Shown piece after piece: positions 26,186 through 32,000 of a stretch of DNA of 32,000 nt. The notes beneath the pieces are model-generated. The model was not told where the DNA came from and ran no database searches. It saw nothing but the letters and a program-made list of their open reading frames with translations. Position 1 is the stretch's first letter. Every line of letters begins with the position of its first letter. Origin of the DNA: Thiomicrolovo zhangzhouensis (lineage in GTDB: Bacteria; Campylobacterota; Campylobacteria; Campylobacterales; Sulfurimonadaceae); contig NZ_CP147914.1 of the NCBI RefSeq assembly GCF_039645565.1, positions 709,573 through 741,572 on the forward strand. The letters are read 5' to 3'. The position numbers were made by a program, and so were the translations under genes.

Positions 26186-26385
26186 TGGAAATCATCATCA
26201 ACGGGGAGACACGTACCGTCAAGGAAGATACCCGTCTGGGCAAACTGCTCGACGAAATGGGGCTCCGGGAAAAAGTCATGGCAGCGGCCATCAACATGGA
26301 GATCGTCAAGCAGGACCTGTGGGATACGCATGAGCTGCACAACAATGACCGTCTCGAACTGCTGGACTTTGTCGGCGGGGGCTGA
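26185..26385 (+). CDS. thiS: ThiS/MoaD-type sulfur-carrier protein
   Basis: 66 aa, MEIIINGETRTV...LELLDFVGGG. It has a beta-grasp-sized body and a C-terminal Gly-Gly(-Gly). Its start overlaps the upstream stop as TAATG. Confidence 0.8.
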   Translation: MEIIINGETRTVKEDTRLGKLLDEMGLREKVMAAAINMEIVKQDLWDTHELHNNDRLELLDFVGGG

Positions 26386-26403
26386 AGCAGCCTGCTGAAG
26401 GGC

Positions 26404-27099
26404 ATGGAGGCAATCATGGAACAGGCAGCCGGCAGACGGGATCTTAATACCCCGGCCCGCATCGCAGGATTTGCATGGCTCGTCGTGATCATAGCGGGCA
26501 TCAGCGCGGAGTTCTTCCTGCGCATGCCGCTGATTGTGCAGGGGGATGCGGCGGCGACGGCCGCAAATATCATGGAAGCGGAGGGGCGCTTCCGTCTCAG
26601 TATCGCTGCCGATACCGTTATGCTGCTCTTTGACGTGACGGCCACCGTAGCGCTTTACCTCCTTTTCCGGCAGACAGACCGGCTTTTGGCACTGACGGCA
26701 GCCGCTTTTCGGCTCATAATGGGCGCGGTTCTGGCCGCCAATCTACTCACTTTGGGTTCGGTACCTTTGGTATTGCAGGGCGCGGACCCCGCTGCAGCCA
26801 CAACCGTGCAGCTGCTTCTTGACATTCATGGAACCGGATACGATATCGGCCTCGTCTTTTTCGGGCTGCACTGTTTCCTCCTGGGCATCCTGATCATGAA
26901 ATCCGCTTATCTTCCCCGTCTGCTGGGTGCACTGCTGATGGCCGCGTCGCTTGGGTATCTGCTCGACAGTTTTTCCCACCTGCTGCTGCCGCAGGGTACG
27001 CCGTTTCTGGCAATGACGGCATCGGCCCTGATCGCGGTGGCGCTGCTGGCGGAGCTTTCGATCTCGTTCTGGCTGATGGTAAAAGGGGTGAAATCGTAA
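26404..27099 (+). CDS. DUF4386-like integral membrane protein
   Basis: 231 aa with about 6 TM helices. The segment ISAEFFLRMPLIVQGDAAATAANIMEAEGRFRLSIAAD resembles the DUF4386 signature as I recall it. Confidence 0.6.
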   Translation: MEAIMEQAAGRRDLNTPARIAGFAWLVVIIAGISAEFFLRMPLIVQGDAAATAANIMEAEGRFRLSIAADTVMLLFDVTATVALYLLFRQTDRLLALTAAAFRLIMGAVLAANLLTLGSVPLVLQGADPAAATTVQLLLDIHGTGYDIGLVFFGLHCFLLGILIMKSAYLPRLLGALLMAASLGYLLDSFSHLLLPQGTPFLAMTASALIAVALLAELSISFWLMVKGVKS

Positions 27100-27117
27100 T
27101 GCGGGAAAAGGAGGGCG

Positions 27118-27135
27118 GCGGATGCAGGCATCCGC
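27118..27135. terminator. Hairpin between convergent genes
   Basis: GCGGATGC AG GCATCCGC forms 6-8 bp depending on loop size, with flanking GGC/GCC extension. T-rich sequence follows on the + strand. Confidence 0.45.
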
Positions 27136-27147
27136 GCCTCTCATTGT

Positions 27148-28743
27148 TTACGGTTGTGCCGGTTCGACGCACTCTGCGTCGCAGAGCGGGCAGTTTGAGG
27201 TCGCGGTCGCTCTGACCTCGGTGCCGTTGAGCGGCTCGGTACCGATCCCCACAACGGTATTTCGGTGTGTGTTGTTGATCGCACATTCGGAGACCGTGGC
27301 CGTCGGGTGGTAAGTGCCGCTGAAACTTTCGCACTGGGTGCGTCCCTGCGGGTCGTCGGCCGGGTAAAGCGCATCGTAATCGAACATCTCGCCGGACTTG
27401 TCGTCGGTGACGTGAATGTTGGTAAGCAGGGTACCGTTTTGTTCGTTACAGACCCTGCCTTCGTAATCAACACGGACGACGACTTGGCCTCCGAGCGTTT
27501 CGAGTTTCTGTTTACACGTTTTGGTAATGGAGATCGCCGGGTTAAGGGTGATCTTTTGACAGGTTGACTGCGCCGTTTCCGGTGCCATGGCGTACTCCCC
27601 GATATGACCGGTCGCCGTAATCGTGTTGGTCGGCGGGTTGAGGTAGGAGTTGATCGTATAGCTGTAGCTTCTTGACTCGCCCGTTGCCAGATCCGTGATA
27701 TCGCTGAGGGTCGGATCATCGTTGGGGTCCTCCGGGCTTCCCGCGTCGTCATGGAACTCGATGCGGTCGATCGTACCGAAGCCTTCGTTGGTCACGGTGT
27801 ACTTGAAGGTATGGTTAATCGTGATGTAGTCGGAACGTTCGAGCTCCGAGGAGAGACACTCTTTGGCGATGCTCAGCTTACAGGTATTGAGGTTGCCGCT
27901 GACGAAGTCCTTGAGCTGGGCGTTGACGCGGTGCGAGGAGCGGGTCTCCATCAAAAAGGAGCTGAAGCAGGGGACAGTGTTTTCAAAGATCCAGCTGAGG
28001 TTGATCCCCCCTTCGAAGAAGCTGTTTTCGGGATAGGTGTGTTCGGGCATACCGTCGACGAGGGACTTGGGCGTGTAGGTGTCCCAGGCCTGGGTCGGGC
28101 TGCCGTTGGAGGTGGCGAAGTAGTAATTGTCACCCCCGCCCTGGCCTTCGAAGATGAGTTTCAGGTTATCTTTTTGAGTGTCATCCCACTTATAGAGCTT
28201 GACGTTTGCCTGTGTACCCCCCTGGACGAACTCCGCAAGCATCAGCACGTCGCCGTTTTTGTGGACGCCTGAAAAAGTACCGTCCGGTTTAGGGGCGACA
28301 CGGTCCTGGAAGAACCAGACACCCATCTGCGCCGATCCGTCGGTGGAGTAGCGGTCGCCCATCAGGTAGACGATCAGCTCGCCGTTGGCGTTGTAGGCCG
28401 CGGCCGCGGAGTGGAGGATCTCATCCTTGTCCGGGACCGAACCGTCCGTCCAGCGCCACTGGTCGATATCGCGCACGTCTTTGGAACCGCCGCCGGTAAA
28501 GATACTCATGCCGAGGCCGTCTACGATGATCCCACTGTCGCTGAACGCACTGTCGAGCCCGTTGGCGATATCCTGCCAGTCATCCCCCGGGACGGCCGCT
28601 TCACTGATGATGTTGCCGTCGAGTTCAAACTGCCCCGTAGCATGCGGTTTTTCCCATGCCAATCCGTTTACGGCAGCGCCGAATAGTAAGCCTGCGGCCA
28701 GGAGGTTTCTCCAAATCCGCCCATTAGAAGTGATCTGTTTCAT
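27148..28743 (-). CDS. Exported multi-domain protein (N-terminal globular domain plus two beta-sandwich-like repeats), unknown function
   Basis: 531 aa with signal-like N-terminus MKQITSNGRIWRNLLAAGLLFGAAVNGLA. Conserved-looking blocks are FELDGN, FTGGGSKDVRDI and DRYSTDGSAQMGVWFFQ. Two CARDB/DUF11-like segments follow (TFKYTVTNEGFGTI..., VRVDYEGRVCNEQNGTL...). The tail is CPLCDAEC. Confidence 0.75.
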   Translation of the reverse strand: MKQITSNGRIWRNLLAAGLLFGAAVNGLAWEKPHATGQFELDGNIISEAAVPGDDWQDIANGLDSAFSDSGIIVDGLGMSIFTGGGSKDVRDIDQWRWTDGSVPDKDEILHSAAAAYNANGELIVYLMGDRYSTDGSAQMGVWFFQDRVAPKPDGTFSGVHKNGDVLMLAEFVQGGTQANVKLYKWDDTQKDNLKLIFEGQGGGDNYYFATSNGSPTQAWDTYTPKSLVDGMPEHTYPENSFFEGGINLSWIFENTVPCFSSFLMETRSSHRVNAQLKDFVSGNLNTCKLSIAKECLSSELERSDYITINHTFKYTVTNEGFGTIDRIEFHDDAGSPEDPNDDPTLSDITDLATGESRSYSYTINSYLNPPTNTITATGHIGEYAMAPETAQSTCQKITLNPAISITKTCKQKLETLGGQVVVRVDYEGRVCNEQNGTLLTNIHVTDDKSGEMFDYDALYPADDPQGRTQCESFSGTYHPTATVSECAINNTHRNTVVGIGTEPLNGTEVRATATSNCPLCDAECVEPAQP

Positions 28744-28941
28744 TGTCAGAGCCTTTTCTTTTGAGGGGCAGGGACAGCGAGGCGTATCGGTGTATTTCCC
28801 CTTCGCCTATTGGCCTTGACGGCCAAACCGTTTCAGTTCTTCCATAACTAAATATTATTCCTGCTGACCTTAAGAACTGGTAAACACAAAATTAAACTTC
28901 GGATAATACCTGCCGGAAGGGGCGGGAAAAAACGGGGATGT

Positions 28942-31311
28942 TCAGGCCGTATGCGGCGTGTTGACGAGGGCTTTCAGCGCACTTCCTTCGATGAATTCCA
29001 TGGCGATAAGCCGCTGGGCGACGGTCTCGATCAGGGGCCAGTGTGTCTCGATCACCTCTTTGGCCCTGGCGGTTCCCTCGGCGATCCAGACGGCAATACG
29101 CTCTTCCAGCGATGCGTCGAAAAGGGTATTGCTGACATTTTGCTGCAGCAGTTCGACGCTGATATTCTGCAGTTCGCTGTCCATGCCGTACTGGGCGACG
29201 GCGCTGTAGGCGTAGAGGGTCGCCTGCTGCAGGTCGTTGTAGGCCCCCGTTTCGATCCCTTCGCCCTCGCCGAACTGCTTGACCGTCGCCAGCCGCCCGG
29301 CAAGCGCGACGGCGATGTTGGCACGCAGTTCGTCGGCACTCATGTTCGTCTGGAGCTTCTCCTGGGTGTAGGAGACGAGCCCGAGGGTTTCACTGCGGGG
29401 GATGACGGTAACCTGCTCGATTTCGACGGTGGGGAGAAGGACCATGGAGGTGACGGCATGCGCAGCCTCGTGGTAGGCGCTGCGCCGCAGATCCTCCTCG
29501 AAGTTCTTGAGCCGTTTCTTCTCCAGACGGCTGCCGTATTTGATGGTATTGATCTGATCGATGATGATCTGTTCATCCAGTTGCGCCTTCCCCTGCTTGA
29601 TCGCCTCCAGTGCGCAGGCTTTGGCGATACGGCCGAGTTCGTAGCCGTTCATCCCGCTCATATAGCGGGTGATACGTTCAATGTCGATTTTCGCATGGGG
29701 TTTGTCCAGCAGCTGCTTGGCGAAAAAGAGGCGGGCCTCCCTGTCGAGTTCGGGCACCTCGACGAACTGGTCGATGCGCCCGGGGTGCATGAGCGCGGCC
29801 GGTACCTCCTCCTTGTGCTGCGCTGTCATCACGGTGAAGACAAAGTTGTCGGGGGCGTCCGGAGCGGCGTCGATCGAGGCGCCCAGGGTTTCGGTCGGGA
29901 TCGGCGTGTAATTGCCCTCGATGATCCCCTTGACATCGACGTTCTCCAGGATGATAAGCAGGGGGGCGGCCTGGCGGGCACGCTGGAAGGCCGCTTCGAT
30001 CAGCTCCTCGTTGAACAGGTCGCTGCCGCGCAGGTAGAGGTAGGGGAGGCCCGCCTCCTTGGCGAAGGCTTTGACGAGCAGCGTCTTCCCGACGCCCTCT
30101 GGACCGTAGAGCAGCAGCCCTTTCGGAAGCGTGATGCCGAAGGTATTGAGACCCTGCTCGTTGTGCAGCAGCGTAACCAGCGCGGTCAGCTGCTGCTTGA
30201 CCCGGTTCTGGCCGGCGATGGCGTCGAAACCGCTGCGGCCGACCGGATGGATGGTGAGGCGGTCGCTCTGCAGCGGCACGGGGGCGAACTCCTGGGCATG
30301 CTCTTCGACGGAGCGCAGGCGCAGTTCCATCCCCTCTTTGCCGTTGAGGCGTTCCCAGTTCAGGCTGAAACGGCGGTCGTACTTGCCGAAGGATTTCAGG
30401 TCCGATTCATCCGCAAAGGTGCAGTGCAGCCAGTGGCGTGCCTCTTTGGAAACGTCGAGGACAATCGACCCCGTCTCCGGCATACCCGTCTGGGCAAGGT
30501 CGAAGAGGTAGGCGGGCAGGCGGTGTGCGACGCGGGTCGTGTTGAGGTAGGGGGAGAAGGAGAGCAGCAGTGCCAGAGCGAGTTCGGAGGGGTGCCGCAG
30601 CTCAAGAGAGACGGGCTGGGTCGCATTCCAGCGCACGCCAGCGGTCCGGAGGATCTCTTCGGTAATGGTCTGCAGCGCCGCGAGGTCATGGGGGTAAAGA
30701 AGGATAAGGTCCGTCTCGCTCATGACATTGAGCAGTTCCGGGTCGAAAAGCGCCCGAAGGCCGCCGTTGTCATCGGGGACGCCCGTCGTGGCCAGGGTTT
30801 CGTACAGATGGGCCTGCTCCAGCAGCGGCTGGTCGTAGTAGCGCTCGAGGCGGCTTTTCTCGACCCACTCCGGGGCCTTGATCTTGAAGAGGAAGACGAA
30901 GAGGGTCTGTGCAAAACGTTCCGGTGCGCCCGGTGCGCCGTCGGTGACGATGGCGGCGACGGCGCGCTGGATCGCATGGTCGGTCGCGTCGATATCTTCG
31001 AAGACGATCGCCCCTTCGGGGTGCGCGGCGACCCATGTTGTCAAGATCCCTTTGGGCCCCAGCAGCCGGTCAAGATCATCCGAAAAGGCAAACTCTCCCA
31101 TATGCAGATGTAGACGCTCGCGATTGAGCAGCGCCAGGGTCTGCAGCATCAGCAGTTTTTTCCCCGACGCGGGCGGACCGGCGATGACGAGGAGGTCGGC
31201 CACACCGCCGAAATGGCGGCAGCTTCCAAGCCGCTGCAGCCAGCTGCGCAGCAGCGACGCCGCTTTTTCCTGGCCGATCGGTGCGGGAAAGGTATCGGGT
31301 GTCGTATTCAT
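28942..31311 (-). CDS. Soluble Clp-D2-like AAA+ module + FtsH-like AAA+ module + M41 zinc metallopeptidase
   Basis: The ATG at 31311 gives 789 aa with no TM helix. Module 1 motifs: IAGPPASGKK, IVFEDIDATDHAIQ and FDPELLNV (Clp D2-like). Module 2 motifs: LLYGPEGVGKTLL, LLIILENVD and HPGRIDQ (FtsH-like). The peptidase has HEAAHAV and ETGAYNDLQQAT. Confidence 0.85.
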   Translation of the reverse strand: MNTTPDTFPAPIGQEKAASLLRSWLQRLGSCRHFGGVADLLVIAGPPASGKKLLMLQTLALLNRERLHLHMGEFAFSDDLDRLLGPKGILTTWVAAHPEGAIVFEDIDATDHAIQRAVAAIVTDGAPGAPERFAQTLFVFLFKIKAPEWVEKSRLERYYDQPLLEQAHLYETLATTGVPDDNGGLRALFDPELLNVMSETDLILLYPHDLAALQTITEEILRTAGVRWNATQPVSLELRHPSELALALLLSFSPYLNTTRVAHRLPAYLFDLAQTGMPETGSIVLDVSKEARHWLHCTFADESDLKSFGKYDRRFSLNWERLNGKEGMELRLRSVEEHAQEFAPVPLQSDRLTIHPVGRSGFDAIAGQNRVKQQLTALVTLLHNEQGLNTFGITLPKGLLLYGPEGVGKTLLVKAFAKEAGLPYLYLRGSDLFNEELIEAAFQRARQAAPLLIILENVDVKGIIEGNYTPIPTETLGASIDAAPDAPDNFVFTVMTAQHKEEVPAALMHPGRIDQFVEVPELDREARLFFAKQLLDKPHAKIDIERITRYMSGMNGYELGRIAKACALEAIKQGKAQLDEQIIIDQINTIKYGSRLEKKRLKNFEEDLRRSAYHEAAHAVTSMVLLPTVEIEQVTVIPRSETLGLVSYTQEKLQTNMSADELRANIAVALAGRLATVKQFGEGEGIETGAYNDLQQATLYAYSAVAQYGMDSELQNISVELLQQNVSNTLFDASLEERIAVWIAEGTARAKEVIETHWPLIETVAQRLIAMEFIEGSALKALVNTPHTA

Positions 31312-31395
31312 ACGACTATTATAAGCGGATTTACCATTTAAGTGCAATGGTGTCTTGTAGGGGTTGCACCTGGAAGGACGTTTAGGTGCTTTGAT

Positions 31396-31419
31396 ACCTC
31401 CCGCAATTTGGGAGGTTTT
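31396..31419 (+). terminator. Terminator-like hairpin with its U-tract on the + strand only
   Basis: ACCTCCC GCAATTT GGGAGGT is followed by TTT. It lies between two - strand genes. Confidence 0.35.
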
Positions 31420-31461
31420 AGAGGAAGAAATATGTTCTTCTTTGAGCAGACGCTGAAGACG

Positions 31462-31992
31462 TTAACTCCCTGCGGGACGAGCACCGAAAAGGTCGGAGTA
31501 AAATTGATCCGCACAGCGTTTGAACAGTGCTTCTGAATAGTTTTTAAGACCAATGGCGTTATTTTCGAACAGGCTGTCGTAATCAGGGGCGTCATCCGTA
31601 TATTCGGGATCGAACTCACAATAACTTTCTCCGATGATTCGGTTTGCTCGGACATCATAGACTTTTAACTGCGCTTCATACATCACTTTGTAGCTTCCCC
31701 AATGCGTACGGTAATAGTTGACGCTCCATACTTTGTCTCTTATGTCAATGACATAATCGACGTCTTTATAACTTTCAGGTACCGAGTCGATAGGATCGGT
31801 AAAAATGATAGAGGGGTGAGTAGTCCATACCATTTGATTTTCGTTACTGAGCATTTTTGCCAAGTCGGTACTGACAAAATGCGAGGGGGTGGAGGGGAGC
31901 TCATTCTCGTGCACGGCAGTATCTGAAGCTGCATATAGCACACCACCTATAAGACCTGTGAAGCCGAAGAACAACGCTTTGCCGGGTGTCAT
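31462..31992 (-). CDS. Membrane-anchored hypothetical protein (low-GC)
   Basis: 176-aa ORF with an N-terminal hydrophobic segment (ALFFGFTGLIGGVLYAA). It is visibly lower in G+C than the adjacent protease gene. The start is close to the window edge and unverified. Confidence 0.55.
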   Translation of the reverse strand: MTPGKALFFGFTGLIGGVLYAASDTAVHENELPSTPSHFVSTDLAKMLSNENQMVWTTHPSIIFTDPIDSVPESYKDVDYVIDIRDKVWSVNYYRTHWGSYKVMYEAQLKVYDVRANRIIGESYCEFDPEYTDDAPDYDSLFENNAIGLKNYSEALFKRCADQFYSDLFGARPAGS

Positions 31993-32000
31993 GACAAAAG

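Noticed and set aside
31342-31536. A + strand ORF, including a 34-aa sub-ORF from the ATG at 31432 with a good-looking AGGAAG RBS.
   Set aside because: It overlaps the 3' end of the better-supported 176-aa - strand ORF, is very short, and shows no family resemblance. It is mentioned only in the context of a possible + strand transcript.
1-32000. CRISPR arrays, rRNA genes, IS elements, transposases, integrases, reverse transcriptases.
   Set aside because: I saw no regularly spaced direct repeats and none of the characteristic protein motifs in any frame of the ORF track. The only tandem repeat lies within the coding sequence of the MORN gene.

Overview
High-GC bacterial chromosomal segment. 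My spot count of one 60-nt line inside glk gives 41/60 G+C. Most genes are recognisable housekeeping or metabolic genes. On the + strand: the 3' part of a Hanks-type Ser/Thr kinase, a porin, a Vgb/Cgb-type single-domain globin, the Na+-oxaloacetate decarboxylase operon oadGAB, an FTR-like Fe-S protein, and a tightly overlapped operon (small MopB molybdoenzyme, argD, TolC-like OMP, MidA-type methyltransferase, thiS, then a DUF4386 membrane protein). On the - strand: ppa, two small membrane ORFs and a P2-type cation ATPase; a DUF2156-GNAT-GNAT operon; glk translationally coupled to a 1050-aa phosphorylase-kinase alpha/beta-like GH15 protein; an exported 531-aa protein; and an 789-aa soluble AAA+/M41 protease. 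The centre of the window (about 12.6-16.5 kb) is a compositionally foreign low-GC block that abuts the 3' end of tRNA-Thr(CGU). Spot counts there are 25/60 in the MORN gene and 13/60 in the 15.4-kb spacer. The block carries an exported MORN/YwqK-repeat protein, a lipoprotein, an about 0.8-kb stretch with no long ORF, and an intact SNase-type nuclease. I saw no integrase. A second low-GC stretch begins at about 31.3 kb. I found no CRISPR array, rRNA, IS element or transposase. No textbook system stands out. My best candidates for something undescribed are: (1) the soluble Clp-D2-like + FtsH-like + M41 protein, where both ATPase sites look degenerate and the protease site looks intact; (2) the tRNA-flanked low-GC island; (3) the bacterial full-length PhK alpha/beta homologue coupled to glucokinase; (4) the DUF2156-GNAT-GNAT operon divergent from an FTR::TusA-like fusion. 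All family assignments come from motif recognition by eye and need profile searches.
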